A program made the position numbers and the translations under genes. Under the pieces are notes generated by a model, which saw only the letters and a list, made by a program, of their open reading frames with translations, did no database searches and was not told the origin of the DNA. A stretch of DNA of 64,000 nucleotides, taken from assembly GCF_006345805.1 (NCBI RefSeq), contig NC_043012.1:49042001-49106000 (forward strand), given 5' to 3'. Position 1 is the stretch's first letter. The number at the start of each line of letters is the position of its first letter. Source of the DNA: Octopus sinensis. Its lineage: Eukaryota. Below are positions 1 to 14,091 of this stretch, one piece after another.

Positions 1-14
1 ACACACACACACAC

Positions 15-103
<89 letters not shown>

Positions 104-135
104 GCATGCATGTATGTATTTATGTATGAAAGTAT
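1..135. repeat. (CA)n/(TA)n/(TATG)n microsatellite; the same compound SSR type recurs throughout the window
   Basis: Direct dinucleotide and tetranucleotide repeats. Confidence 0.95.
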
Positions 136-140
136 ATATA

Positions 141-536
141 TTACTCTTTTGTTCTCTTACTTGTTTCAGTAATTTGACTGTGGCCATGCTGGAGCACCGT
201 CTTCAAGAGTTTTAGTCGAACAAATCGACCCCAGGCCTGATTTTTCCTAAGTGTAGTACTTATTCTCTTTGCCAAACCGCTAAGTTATAGGGACGTAAAG
301 AAACCAACTCTGGTTGGCAAGCAGAGGTGGGGACGAGCATAAACAGAGAAACACACACACACAGATATACATATATACATACGACAGGGTTCTTTCAATT
401 TCCGTCTACCAAATCCACTCACAAGGCTTTGGTCTGCACGAGGCTATAGTAGAAACCACTTACCCAAGGTGCCATAATGTGGGACTGAACCCGGAACCAT
501 GTGGTTGGGTAGCAACCTTCTTATCACACAACCACA

Positions 537-538
<2 letters not shown>
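141..538 (-). mobile_element. tRNA-derived SINE family 1 (octopus CORE-like SINE)
   Basis: Reverse complement matches the family consensus seen about 20 times here: tRNA-like head (tggctgtgtggtaag...ggttcagtccc), ttgggcaag core, internal (TA)/(TG) SSR, tail catggccgcagtcaaatgactgaaacaagtaaaagag. Confidence 0.9.
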
Positions 539-570
<32 letters not shown>

Positions 571-603
571 TAGATAGATATACAGAGAGAGAGAGAGAGA
601 GAG

Positions 604-853
604 AGGAGTGCAGGCCTGGCTGTGTTGTGAGAAGTTTGCTTCCCAAACACATGGTCCTGGGTTCATTCCCACTGCGTGACAATTTGGGCAATTATCTTCC
701 ACTATAGTTTCGGGCCAATCAAATCCTTGTGTGTGGGTTTGGTTGTTTGGGACTGAACGAATGAATAGAATATGTACGAGGCTTAAAATTAAGTACGGCC
801 AACATCATTAAGGCTGTGCTTCAACATGGCCGCATCAGATGACTAAAGCAAGT
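604..853 (+). mobile_element. SINE family 1, diverged and internally deleted
   Basis: Head ggcctggctgtgttgtgagaagtttgcttccc and a tail remnant catggccgcatcagatgactaaagcaagt. Confidence 0.75.
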
Positions 854-854
854 G

Positions 855-1012
855 GAGTTGAACTAGGGACAGCTGATGAAGGGGATTTTTCCTTGTGTAG
901 TTTGTCTTGTACTCTGTTTTTTCGTTGTTAAAAAAAGGTCCGTTCCATGCTTGTTTTTACGTTTTCGTTTCTCGTTGAGTTCTACGTCTATTTGTGGTGT
1001 CCTGTACTCACG
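855..1012 (+). mobile_element. PLE-type terminal repeat fragment (family D, ctgatgaaggg)
   Basis: Shares cagctgatgaagggg...ttgtcttgt with copies at ~5985-6190 and ~35815-35985 (both minus strand); ends at (TA)n. Confidence 0.5.
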
Positions 1013-1169
1013 TATATATATTTATATATGCATGTATATATGCATGTAGATGTAGGTACGTACATATATGTATGTATGTATGCATATATTTTATTTATTA
1101 CACTATTGTATGACTGAGCGCCCTCGCGTCGATTCGATTCGTTTCGTTTCGTTTCTTTTTCTCCAAGTA

Positions 1170-1235
<66 letters not shown>

Positions 1236-1476
1236 AGTATACTTTCATGTGTTTGCATGTGTCTGTGTGAGTTTGTGCATGAAGAATTATAAGCAAAATG
1301 TTATAAAGCCTTAGTGTGGGTTAAATTAAAATATAAACAAAGTCCCTCCCTCATTTTTTTCTTTGCACATCAAGCGTAGAATTGAAATCTGTACCATATA
1401 AGTGTGAAGTGAACATCCCAAGTGTGAAGTATATTTAAACATAAAGACATAATATACATACTTATATATGCATACA

Positions 1477-1658
1477 GGCGCTGGCGTGGCCGGTGGTAAG
1501 AAGTTGGCTTCCCAGCCACATGGTTTCGGGTTCTTGCCCACTGCATGAAACTTGGGCAAGCGTATTCTTCTATAGCTTCGGGCCGACAAAATGCTTTGTG
1601 TGTGGATTTGGTAGACGGAAACTGGAAAAAGCCTGTTTTATACACATATGCACATATT

Positions 1659-1689
<31 letters not shown>

Positions 1690-1872
1690 TATTTTTGTAT
1701 CTGATATTGGTGTCTTTACGAACTTAGCGGTTCGGGAAAAGAGACCGGTAAAATAAGTATTAGGCTTACAAGAAAATAAGTCTTGGGGTCGATTTCTTCG
1801 ATTAAAAACCCTTTAAGGCGGTGCTCCAGCATGACCGCAGTCAAATGACTGAAACAAGTAAAAGAATGATAG
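1477..1872 (+). mobile_element. SINE family 1
   Basis: Full head, core, SSR and tail. Confidence 0.9.
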
Positions 1873-1893
1873 AATTCATATATATATATGTAT

Positions 1894-1925
<32 letters not shown>

Positions 1926-1960
1926 GTGCGTGTGTGTGTGTTTGTGTGTGTGTGTGTGTT

Positions 1961-1993
<33 letters not shown>

Positions 1994-2020
1994 ATATACA
2001 TATATATATTACATATATAT

Positions 2021-2072
<52 letters not shown>

Positions 2073-2307
2073 CATTATATATATATAATATATAATATAT
2101 ATACACACATATGGGTGTGTGCGTGTGTGTGCACACGTACGCGCACACGCACACACACACACACCACACTGCCATCTATTATAGTAACTATAGATCTAGT
2201 CATATATACAGTCATAAATATTGTCAGATGTCTATGTTGAATGTATATAATCATACATAAGCCATCAATTATATAAAAGATAAATGTTTGTCTTTTTGTC
2301 CGTCCAG

Positions 2308-2336
2308 CTTTTTCGAAAGCTATATTTCTTTTCACG
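2308..2336 (+). CDS. Candidate small coding exon (xFSKAIFLFT), phase 1 to 0
   Basis: Acceptor tctttttgtccgtccag, donor gtagca; phase-compatible with 5101; may be chance. Confidence 0.15.
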
Positions 2337-2957
2337 GTAGCAATTGAAAGACAGTCTAGTAGATTTTTTTCAATGCAGAGAATCTACAGCTATGATATTA
2401 TTAATAATTAAAAATTATATTTAGTTATTATATTATTATTTCCAGAGAAGCTTTAGCTTGTTAAAGTTTGACACATGTGTATATCTGTTCAATATTTCAC
2501 CTTTACTTTTTTAACATAATTCTTATTAATGTTTTCGTTATGTTATTTTCGTTTTTCACTTCTTTTCTTTTATTTATTTATTTATTTATTTTTGTTTGTC
2601 GTCTAACTGCACAATGTTCTAATTCATTGATACGCCATCTGACGAATGCCTAAGGAGTTGGTGTCAAAGAAGAAAAAAAAGTTTTGAAAAATATTTATCA
2701 AAACTTTCAAAACCAGATATCTAGACATACACACCCCCCCAAAAAAACCCATCTATTTAATTACAATTCCACACATATTAGCATGTCTATACATTGTTCG
2801 TACCACTGCTTACAAACAATACAAAGCCTATAGTATGTATGTACGTATGTATGCATGTATGTATGTGTGAATGTATATATGTATGCATGTATGGACGTAT
2901 GCATGTATACGTATATGCATGCACACATACATATATATATGGATAGAGAGAGAGGAT

Positions 2958-2997
<40 letters not shown>

Positions 2998-3813
2998 ATA
3001 TATCTATATCGATATATATATATTATAATATATATATATATAGATATATATATATATATATATATAATATATATATATATGCATATATACATAGATACAT
3101 TTAAATTTATATAACGCACGCACACACAAATGCATTTATACAATGCATACGCACTCACACTTTTATTGGTCTCAGTTATTAAAATGCAGCCAGCCTTTCA
3201 ATGAGTTTTATCTAATCATATCGACCGCCGTTTTTATCTCAGGCTGTTATTTCGTTTATCGATCTCTAGTTATCGAATCACTAGGTTACGTTTTTGAAAC
3301 ACAGACTGAAGTACGGTCGTTCACACACATAGAAACACCTACATAGAATAGATTTCTACAGAGTTTGTGTCTAGCAAATTCCACATCAGGTTTGGGTAAT
3401 TCAGCTATCGTTATAATTTATTGTGGCAAAGTGTAGGGTTGCGATGATGCATAGAGACTTTTATGGTGTAAATCCCAGAAATCCAGACGTAACCACATTG
3501 TACAGGCAATGGCAAATTGAATTTAAAGGACATTAGCGGGAACTCAAGTGCAGGTGCTCAGAAATTCTGAGCAGTCTACTTTCGTCAATAGGGATAGGAT
3601 GAGGAGAGCGGGCCCAAAACTGAAGTCATGTCTGCAGGAGAAAGGACGGAATTTTAAGGACCGTGGGATTTGACTCTCAAGCCCAGATAAGGTGGGAGCT
3701 GTCAAAATGCAAAATGAAAGAGCACATGATTAAATATCATTTCTAACTCTCCCCAGCCCCATTAATTATGCAAAAGTGGGAAATGAGGGTGGGCCCTTGG
3801 TATAGAATATTTG

Positions 3814-3856
<43 letters not shown>

Positions 3857-4659
3857 TTAGTGTAGTGAGCAAAATTGTCAGGGTGCAAGACTGCACTTCA
3901 TGAGAGAGATATAGATGAAACCGAAAAGTTTAAGAGTGTTTACTTTGCAGGCAGCACATGCATGCGATACTATGGCGGATCTGAAAAGAAACTTTAACTT
4001 TTCTCAAGTTATTCAAACATCCCGTAGGGCGACATAAATTATGTGTAAAAGAAATGCACTGACTGCTCAGTGTGACGATGACGATGAGAAGAGGCTTCTG
4101 ATAGGAGAACTGTGAAGTACCAAGACCTGGATCACTAATCTGGAGTTACAATGTGACCGTTCTGGGCATGTTAACTGAGTTTTGAATACAGGGTGTTAAT
4201 AACTCTGGGAATGATATGAATGGAAAAAAAGTCAGCTGCTCGCAAGACCGGGGGATAGCATAAAGAACTTCTTGTAGGTTGGTTCTGGAATAAACGGAGG
4301 GAGTTGGTGTGGTAGCCAGGGGATGTTCTAGGACAAGTTTTCACTGCTGACTCACCAACCAACAATAGTTTGGGTTTAGTGTTGAAAGGTTGACAGAAAG
4401 ACGAACTCAGTTTGGTTACTTCTCCAGGCTAAAAATTGTAGTCAAAAGGAAGTTGCCAGTCGCTTAGCTCTGATGTTTAACTTGCAGATTACTTCAAGGG
4501 TCCACTATTGTGTCTCAAATATTGGCACTACTCTACATTGGTAAAGCATTGTGGGATATGGGTTTAGTTAATGAAAACAACTCTAAACATTTTTTCCCAA
4601 CACGCTAATGATTCTGCTTGTTCACCACCATATAAATAACAACAACATCAATAATAGTT

Positions 4660-4850
4660 TCAAGTTTTGGCACAAGGCCGGCAATTTTGGTGGATGTGTA
4701 AGTCGATTACAAGTCGTACATATTTTATTGTCCCTGAATGGAAGAAAGGTAAATTTGACCTCGGTGAAATTTGAACTCAGAACATAAATACGAAAGAAGT
4801 GCCGCTAAGTATTTTACTCGGCGCGGTAACGATTCTACTAGCTCACCGAC
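4660..4850 (-). mobile_element. tRNA-derived SINE family 2 (aaggcggcgagctggcaga... type), diverged
   Basis: Matches the reverse complement of the copies at 53327 and 54197 (gacctcggtgaaatttgaactcagaac). Confidence 0.75.
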
Positions 4851-5100
4851 TTATCAGCGAATGCAATATTATCATTGATTACGAGGTACTAATAACGTTC
4901 ATTACTAGCGAAATGGAAGATATTCCTGTGTCTCGTGAGAACCATTTGTCCAGTTGTAAGATTACTTGGGTATATCTAAACATGATCACCATAAGCAGTG
5001 TTGAGAGAAAGGACAACCCCAGACTGTTGCCTATTACAGAGGCAGCTAGACGGGGTTTAAATCTGACGCAGTAATTAAGAATAATCTCTATTGCTTTCAG

Positions 5101-5134
5101 TTCCGGTACAATTCCAATAAAGAATTAGTAATAG
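5101..5134 (+). CDS. Candidate coding exon (FRYNSNKELVI+1 nt), phase 0 to 1
   Basis: Acceptor ctctattgctttcag, donor gtatga; only one of three frames is open. Confidence 0.35.
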
Positions 5135-5891
5135 GTATGAGATCTATGAATATGAGCATGGAAATAGCGAAATAGCTAATAGAAGCTCCGTTGATGGTAA
5201 CAGTATGAAATATCATTTATATTGTCGGTGACATAGTGAATTAAAATCCAGCATGCGCAACTTCTCATGCATGTGCATATGTGTACGTGTATATATATAT
5301 ATATATATATATATAAATTGTTATATATATATATAACAATTGTACTAAACTACCGATCCATTCTTGTTGCTTTTTTTCTTATATATATATATATATATAT
5401 ACGCATAAACATATGCCTGTGGGTGTGTGTGTGTATGCATAAAATGTGTATATACACATATAAATGGATAGATAAGTAAACAATAGCGATATTCATTGAA
5501 AGGAATTCAAGATTATTAATATCTTGATAAAACAGTTCAGTGTGGATCACTTATATATTGCATTTCTTTTTATGAAACTTGGCCTTGTGCTAAATCACTG
5601 ACAAAAGATACACACACACACACAAATACATAAGTTAATCTTTATGTTCAGTTATAATAAAAACAATTTTGCATTAATCTAATGGTTACTCTATAACTTT
5701 ATGGAGTGATTTTTTTTTCTTATAGAAGTTTATTGTTGACAGTGACTTCGAAATTTCGGTCAGCTTACTCATCGTTGGACAGTATATATATATGAATACG
5801 TAAGTGTGTGTATATAAACATAATAATAATATAAATAATATATATATATATATTATATATATATATATTATATATATATATATATAATATA

Positions 5892-5922
<31 letters not shown>

Positions 5923-5984
5923 CATACATACAAACGTATATGTACATACTTACATATATACATATATACATATGCATAAATGGA

Positions 5985-6640
5985 CACAGGACATCACAGA
6001 ACGTAAACAATATAAAATACGAAAACATGAGATACGAAATACGAATACATAGAATATGAACTTTTTTCAGCAAACAACGAAAGAGACAAATGGAAAACAA
6101 GACAAGCAACATAACGAACGACCCTTCATCAGTTGTCGGCGGCGGTTTTTCTAATCCGTATTTCGAGCAATTCACGACAAGATACGCCTTCGATGAAACA
6201 GTTACACCCGCAAAGCAAATTAAATAAATTTGGGGATTTTGCGGAGGGTCAAAATTGGTAACAAAAACAGGACAGTGAAAGCAGACAGGAAAGGCTGCTA
6301 AGCCTAAACTAAGTGAAGCGGTGAACGCCGAGAAGCAAGCTTGGGCAGGAGACAGACAAGAATGCCTCTGATTCGTCCAGTTGAATCAGAAGAAAAGAAA
6401 TACAAGGTAGAAAAAAAAGTATGATGGCTGATGGCTACATGAGAGCTACGAGAGAGCATAGGAGAAAGAGTAAGGGAGAGAGTGTGAGAAACAGAGAACG
6501 GCGGAGGGGAGGGGAAAATTAGAGAACGGACAGAAGAGAAAAGTGAGAGGGGGAGATAAAATGAATTAGAGAAAGGAAGAGAGAAAAATGAAGGAGTAAT
6601 AGAATAATAGGATAGAATAGAAGTGTCGCATCAGAATTAT
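5985..6640 (-). mobile_element. PLE 3' end (family D) with pyrimidine-rich UTR
   Basis: Minus strand reads a CT-rich tract then caactgatgaagggtc; terminates in (TA)n. Confidence 0.55.
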
Positions 6641-6688
6641 TAAGATAAAACATATATATATACATATGTGTATATATATATATATATA

Positions 6689-7005
6689 TACAAAATGGGA
6701 CAAGAACGCAAAACATTCAAATAGACGATACAAAAAACGGGCGGGTCATTCGAAGCATCTAATCTTCAGTCAAGAACAGGATCATCCTCGCAATTTCGGC
6801 CGATTAATCTTGAGATTGCTCCGATCTGGCCAGCCCCAAGGAAAAACTAAGCTACGAGCATTAGATTTCTCGGAAAAAGGATCGAATGTATACGAAACAA
6901 GGACAGAAAAACGGACGATGTTACACGAATATAAATACAAAAAACAAAAACTAATACGAATATAAATACAAAAAACAATAATAATAATAATAACAGGACA
7001 AAAAC
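6689..7005 (-). mobile_element. PLE-type terminal repeat (family C)
   Basis: tgggacaagaacgcaaaac...ttcgaagcatctaatcttcagtcaagaac...ttaatcttgagattgctcc shared with copies near 23846, 36378, 38140, 48880, 57585 and 61110. Confidence 0.6.
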
Positions 7006-7864
7006 AAAACCTTACTCATATACATATATATAAGCATATACATACATATACAGATACACATGCGTACACACATATATAGTTTTTATAAGTGGAAGGAAAC
7101 GATGCAGCTGAAAAAAGGTCTAATACCTTCTATCTATGTAACCTTCTCTCTGCCTGCCTGTCTGTCTGTCAGCCTCTCAGTCTGTCTGTTTATTATATGG
7201 GGTCAGGGAGAATAGATTTACGTGATGCTATCTAAATTACCATTACAAAACAAAACAAAAAAATAGAAAAGAAAAGAAGAAATAAGAAAAATATGAAAAA
7301 ATATATATATAAAAATAAACTATATAGTATAATTGCACAAGAATGATAGCGAAACGAACGCGTGTTCGCCTAAATAATCAGGAACTGTAATCATGTTTCA
7401 GAGCATTTGATAAACGATGGGAAATTAAGTTGTTTGCTGAAATAAATATCTTTCATAAATCTAAACATCACCACGGACTGTCCAACTAGATTTTATTACA
7501 GGCATCACTCAATGATCAGATTTTTATCAATTGTTATATACACTTCATTAATTGTCATGTGATTAATTCCGACCAATGAACACACGGTTGAACTTTTCAA
7601 GACACACATACACACACATGTATGTATGTATGTATGTATGTATGTATGTATGTATGTATGTATGCATGTATGTATGTATGTATATATGTATGTATGTATG
7701 TATACGTATGTGTGTTTGTGTGTTTGTATGTGTATTTTTAATAAATTTGTGTTTGTACTATTTTCGTTTTTTTTTTTCTGACGCAAGTGGTGTATGTCAG
7801 CAAAATTGTCACCACTATATCTGATAATTTTAAACACAAATTAGTGTTAGCATTGGCTTCAAAT

Positions 7865-8015
7865 GTTGATACAAAGCCAGCAATTTCGGTGGAGGTGGGT
7901 TGTTGACTCGATTTGTACTAGCACCAGTGTTCAACTGGTTCTTATTTTATCGATCACGAAAGAATGAAAGACGAAGTCGACCTCGGCGGGATTGGAGCTC
8001 AAAACTAAAGACACA
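7865..8015 (-). mobile_element. SINE family 2 fragment
   Basis: ttattttatcgatcacgaaagaatgaaagacgaagtcgacctcggcgg. Confidence 0.75.
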
Positions 8016-8080
8016 GGAAATGTCCCTAATTGACCCACCGAGGACTATATGGAGTCCGGTCGAAGACCATTGCACTAGAC

Positions 8081-8392
8081 CATAGGTTCTCAAAGTGGGC
8101 GCTACCGCCCCCCGGTGGGCGTTGAGAAAACCTAGGTGCGCGCTGGTGCCTAAGGAGGCGTTGGGAGGGAAGCAGTGGGTTGGGGAACGCTATGAATTTA
8201 TTATAATATTATCAGAGTTATTGTATATAAATTATATAATATTATATTAAATATCGAATGATCCATAGTATATATAAATGAGTAAAATTTAAAATATGTA
8301 TTTATACATAAAAATAGGGGTGGGGCGCTGAGGGTAGTATGTGGCCATGAGGCGGGGTGGGGGTGGTGGCTCCATAAGTTTGAGAACCTCTG
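8081..8392. mobile_element. Non-autonomous hAT (Charlie-like) MITE
   Basis: TIRs cataggttctcaaa / tttgagaacctctg; flanking 8-mers cactagac and aattagac (degenerate TSD with TAGA core). Confidence 0.85.
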
Positions 8393-8480
8393 AATTAGAC
8401 TATCGGAAAAATACCCTGGGGTGTTTCATTATGGTCCTTTACGACCTGATTTTACAATTTTCCTAGGTTAGTTTTTCCTA

Positions 8481-8880
8481 GGCGTAAGAGTGGCTGTGTG
8501 GCAAGTAGCTTGCTTACGAACCACATGGTTCTGGGTTCGATCCCACTGCGTGGCACCTTTTATGGGCATGTGTCTTCTACTATAGCCTGTGAGTGGATTT
8601 GGTAGACGGAAACTGAAAGAAGCCCGTCGTATATATGTATATATATATATGTGTGTGTGTGTGTATGTTTGTGTGTGTCTGTGTTTGTCCCCCCAACATC
8701 ACTTGACCACCGATGCTGGTGTATTTACGTCCCCGTAACCTAGTGGTTCGGCAAAAGAGACCGATAGAATAAGTACTAGGCTTACAAAGATTAAGTCGTG
8801 GTGTCGATTTGCTCGACTAAAGGCGGTGCTCCAGCATGGCCACAGTCAAATGAATGAAACAAGTAAAAGAGTAAAGAGTA
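8481..8880 (+). mobile_element. SINE family 1
   Basis: Full-length match to the family consensus. Confidence 0.92.
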
Positions 8881-10293
8881 ATGAGTAGTTCCACCTTTTC
8901 ATTTTTCCAGAAGCATGAAAATTGATATCAGTTGGGAGCCCATATGATTTGGATTCACCATACACTTCTCCATGATATCAACAGTTATGTTTGTGTTAGA
9001 AGTCATTATTGTTTTGCATAACCTTGAGCAAAATACATCGTGATATTACTTCCAGCTCTCAATGTTCTGACTTCAACTCCGCTGCGTTCAACTTTGCTCA
9101 CATATCTTCGCTGTCGATAAAATAAAGTACTAGCTAAATACTGGTGATGATGTTATCAACTGTGCCCAGTCTTTTGTCAAAATTGCCAGCCGTGTCCCTA
9201 ATTCAGATATAATTATTCTTGTCAACGTTTCCGTCACCAAAGCTTGGGTTTACCGCGTTACAAAACCTAATCGTGAATTGTTTTCAGTGTGAAAACTAGA
9301 CTTACCAAAATTTACCGTACTCTATAGCTGTGAGTTTCCCAGCAGTTTCAAATCTCAATTCAATTCCAATAGAAACCATTCTGCTGTTTCAACTCCAACT
9401 GCAACGACGAACGTCTGTTGAGGCAATCACGACAATACAGTGAAAGTTATAGCACATTCCTAACAACGATATCTATTAGATTAGGTGACGTTTGTTGGAA
9501 TAATATCTGATATCTGATATCAATAGCGATATCTAATATTGGTTAGAACATGATATATGTCATATTATGGGACATAGAGGGTGATGAAAGTGAATTAATT
9601 GCACACATATTGTCGACATGATACTGGTACTTTTCTGCAGTTTAAATAACATCCTCAAATATATAAGGATCAAAGCTGTAAAACCTGTTCAGAAATGTAA
9701 TAAAAATGCATTGCATTTCATGACGTTAATACTATAGAATTCAAAGAATAATTGCTACCATAAAAAGCATAGAAACAAAGAAAGGACTTTTACGTGGTCG
9801 TTCGGCCGCTAAATATAATAGCTAAATCTTGCTGAAGCCACACTTGTCTTAAATACAGAAAGATGTAATAGATAACGTAGTACTTGAAGTAGAGAAAAAT
9901 AGATTCCACGGGATGCTTATTTCTAAGCCTTTCCATAATCACAAGTCTGCGCGAACAGAAGCATTGTAAATTTAAGACACACACACACATATACACACTC
10001 ATGCACGCACGCACAGACACACAGAGAGACACACATAGACAAATGAAGCGATAAGCATTCAGGAAGATGTCAATGTTTTACATATCTCTCAGCAGAAAGA
10101 GGTACACATGTGGATGTGTGTGTGTGTGCGTATGTGTGTTTGTGTGTGTGTGTGTATGCGTGTGCATGCGAGAGAGGGAGAGAATGATGGTGAGTGTGTG
10201 TTCATATAATATATATATATATATGTGTGTTGTGTGTGTGTGTGTATGCGTGTGCATGCGAGAGAGGGAGAGAATGATGGTGAGTGTGTGTTC

Positions 10294-10343
<50 letters not shown>

Positions 10344-10959
10344 ATGCGCGTGTATGTCTGTATATGTAGGTATGTATGAATGTATGCGTATATGTATATA
10401 TGTGTGTGTATATATATTTATAAATAAGGATAATATCGATATTTAAATATCGATATTATCAAGTGGCCAGCATAGGGAAAAAATACCATACAAAAGTAAT
10501 AATTTTTACAACTAAAAATATATTTTTGCTAGTCTATTTTGTCCTTCTGTCTTATCTCATGGTGCGATATGAACATTTAATGTGGTTTTTAGAGTCAGGG
10601 ATTTGACTGCTATTTCGGCATGGTGGTGTCTCTCAGACACCCTTATTTTTAGTTAATATATATATATAGTTAATAAAAGAAAATGGAGAAAAAAGACAGG
10701 CAAAAACAAAACCGCGTGCACGTGGTACATGCAAGGTATTAATAAGACTTTCAGAGAAGGAATGGGGAGTGGTTGTTTTACGTTTCGAGCAAAGCACTTT
10801 CTCGGGAAAAGAAAACATAGGAAAGTCCAAAAGAAAAGGAAGAAGGAGGGAAAAATCGCCAATAGTCCATGTGTTGTTACATTTTGGAATGCCCGGACGT
10901 AGATGGACAAAGAGAAAGTGCTTTCTGGGACAGGAGAGCGTGAAGAATGGTTGGTAATT

Positions 10960-11990
10960 GTGTGTGTGATAGTGTGTGTGTATGATAGTGCGTGTTTATG
11001 TGGCAATAACTGAGTGCGTATGTGTGACTAACTGAGTGTGTGTGTGTGGTAGTAATTGTGTGTGAGTGTACGTATGAAGGTGGTGGTGCGTGTGTGTAAG
11101 GTCGCGTGTGTGTGCGTGGTAGCGTGTGCGCATGTGGTGGTAACTGTGTGTGTGTCTCTGTGTGTGTGTGTGTACAAAATGTGTGTAGTATTAACTGTTT
11201 ACATGTTTTTATGTGAGTGATCTGTGTGTGTGTCTGTTAATGCCGTAATGAAACATCAGTAGCTATGGTAACGGGTATATGTATGGTTAGTCGTGTGTTT
11301 TTGCCCATGTGAGTAGATGGGATGGTCAGTTGTTGTCGGGGCCAAAGAAGGGTGTGAGAGAGGTAGTCTGAAGGCTGTGTGGATGGGTGGGCGTGGATAT
11401 GTGTGTGTACGTGTTGGCATGTGCACGTAGACAGAATGTGAATGTGTGTATGGGTGAGTGTGGATATATGTATGGGTGCGTGTGTGGGTCCCACTCCCTC
11501 TGTGTCAGACTCTCTCTCTCTCACTCTGTATATGTATATGTATGTTCGTGTGTGTGCATGTGCGTATGAGTGAGTGCGGGGATGGGTGTGTGTATATGCG
11601 TGTGAGTGTGGAGGTGTATGTATGTGTGTGTTCTGTATGCGTTTTGTGTGCGTGGTGGTATATGTGCGTTCATGTGTGTATGTGTGTGTGCGTGCGTGTG
11701 TGTGTATGTACGTGTGTGTATGCATGTGTGTATTTGTGTGTGCGTGTATGTACGTTACGTATGTATGCGTGTGCATGTATGTGTGTGTGTATCTATCTCT
11801 GTCATTCTGTTGCGTGTGTATGTGGAAGTGTATGTACGTGCGTGCATATGTGTGTATATATGTGTGCGTTGTGTGTGTGTTTTGTATGTAGAGGGTTGTG
11901 AGTGGAGGTATCTGTGCGTTCGTTCGTGCGTGCGTGTGTGCATGTGTGAGAAGGAGAGGTTTAGTGGCACGTGGTGTGTGGTGTCTGGTA
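10960..11990. repeat. Degenerate (GT)n/(GTAT)n low-complexity tract
   Basis: TG-dominated sequence; explains the Val/Cys/Met and His/Thr ORFs. Confidence 0.9.
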
Positions 11991-12299
11991 TAGAAATAGG
12001 AGATAAAAAATTAATATAAATACGTAGTCCAAAAATACAAATAAGCAGGAATTGGTAAAATAAAACCATAAAGGAAAAAAAATTGTAACACAAATCAGTG
12101 AGAAAAATAAAAATAAATAAATAATATAAAGTAAAACATAAGAATTAAAAAAATAAAATATAATAAGAATAAAATAAAATAAAATATTATTAAAAAGGAA
12201 TAAAGGAAAGAACGATAAAAAATCGTTAATAAACGATAAAAGTTATTAAAAAGATGAATGAAAATAATAAATGAGTGAAAATAAGATAGGATGAAAAGT

Positions 12300-13029
12300 T
12301 ATTTTTAAAGGTGTAGAGTCAGTCATTGGTGTTTGAGTATGTAGAATAAAGATGTAACGCTGTTCGAGGCGGAGTCTCAGTTTGATGGATCCATGGTGTA
12401 GGACAAGGCCGAAGATGGTGATGTTCGAGGTGGAGTGGTTGGCCAAGCGAAAATGACGGGCGACGGGAGATGTTTGTACGTAGGTGAACATCTCGTAGAT
12501 GTTCGATGAACTGGTCGACTAGACGGCGGCCCGTCTGGTCAATAAAAAGTCTGTTGCAGAGATTACACCTGATGCGGTAAATAAGGCTGGAAGAAGTGCA
12601 GGAGAAGGAGATAATAATGTGGAGGGTGTACTAATTGGATCCAGTGTGGGAGGTGGTGTTAGTGATGAAAGGATAGAGGTGGCAACGAGAACTGTAGCAA
12701 GGATTCGAGTAGTATTGGAACAGAGTGGGGAAGTGCTCCGGACTAGTAGATCGCGTAGGTTACAGGAGGGCAGGGTTTAAAAGAGAGCAGGGTAGGTTGG
12801 GGAAAATAGGGAGGGTGGCGGGATCTAACTGGAGGTGACAGAAGGTGCGTAGGATCCTCCGACGAGGGGTAGAGTGGAGGAGTGGAAAAAGAGGGAAAAG
12901 AGGATGTGAATGGGGGATCGGTGTGGGAAAGAAGAGAGGGCGGTGGTGTGATCCATTAGACGAGCACGGGTATGGGCACTTTGGACTAGGGTGGATGTGT
13001 ATCTGTGACACATGAACAAGCGGGCCACT
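12300..13029 (-). mobile_element. Penelope-like retroelement fragment: RT-thumb/linker plus GIY-YIG endonuclease (frameshifted)
   Basis: Minus strand translates to YTSTLVQSAHTRARLMDHTTAL, RILRTFCHLQLDPAT, FSCTSSSLIYRIRCNLCNRLFIDQTGRRLVDQFIEHLRD and SPVARHFRLANHSTSNITIFGLVLHHGSIKLRLRLEQRYIF, typical of the PLE GIY-YIG region. Confidence 0.88.
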
Positions 13030-13920
13030 CACAAGGTTTTGGTCAGCCCCACGCTATAGTAGAATGGATTTGTCCGAGGTGCCATGCAATGGAACTGAAC
13101 CCGAGTTGCCTTACTGTTAGGAAGAACAAAAGAAGTATTCTGCTCAGGAAGCATTAAATATCTAATAAATACAGTATGTAAATGTGAGCTACTATCAGTT
13201 TCATGCTTTGGTAGGACAATAGTCGGACGAGCTTGTATAGTATGCCGTGTACTATTCTGCAATGCTTCAGGTTCAAAATGAAAGATGGCTACTTTCAGAT
13301 GCAAAGCAAGAAAGAACGGTAAAAGGGGCGAGAAAAAACGAGAGAAAAAAGTAAATGAAAATAGGAAAAGCCAAATAAACAAAAAAACAAAACAAAGGCA
13401 AATGAAGCACGGTAAGATCTGTGTCCCTTTAATCTGTTAGAATAGGAATTAACATGGCTTGGTGTAGTTAATTTGATGGGGAAATATTTATGAAACTTCA
13501 GTCCTCGCGATTCAACATAAGTGTGTGTGTTTAAATGATAGTTACAAATGACGTTACGTCACCTGATGTACCTCTTTTGTATTCTGCATTCCATCTGATG
13601 TAATTACATCGTTCTACGCTCACTAGAGAGCAGTGCAGAATGAAGCCGAAACGAGTGTTGTGATAATAGAGCTCCTAGTTAGATTCCGTCTTCCGTACCA
13701 ATCATTTGAAATATACCCTACGCACATCTCGGAATTCCGGACGTAGATCCAACGACGAATGAACAGTAATGCTGATGACGCCTGATAGTGATAAGTGGTG
13801 AACGTGCTGTGCAGGCACACTACATGGGACTTGGTTACTGTATTAAACGCCTCCTTTCTAAACTTTGATTGTTTAATTCTAAATTTGCAGTCAGAATTTT
13901 GGATAATTCTTTATCAGATC

Positions 13921-13969
<49 letters not shown>

Positions 13970-14051
13970 AGTGTGTGTGTCTGTATATGTATGTGTGTGT
14001 ATATATATATACACATATATATACGTATGTGTGTATATATGTGTATGCATG

Positions 14052-14091
<40 letters not shown>

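Noticed and set aside
3420-4600. Slightly GC-richer unique stretch as a possible decayed element or exon region
   Set aside because: No recognisable motif in the frames I translated and no repeat partner in the window
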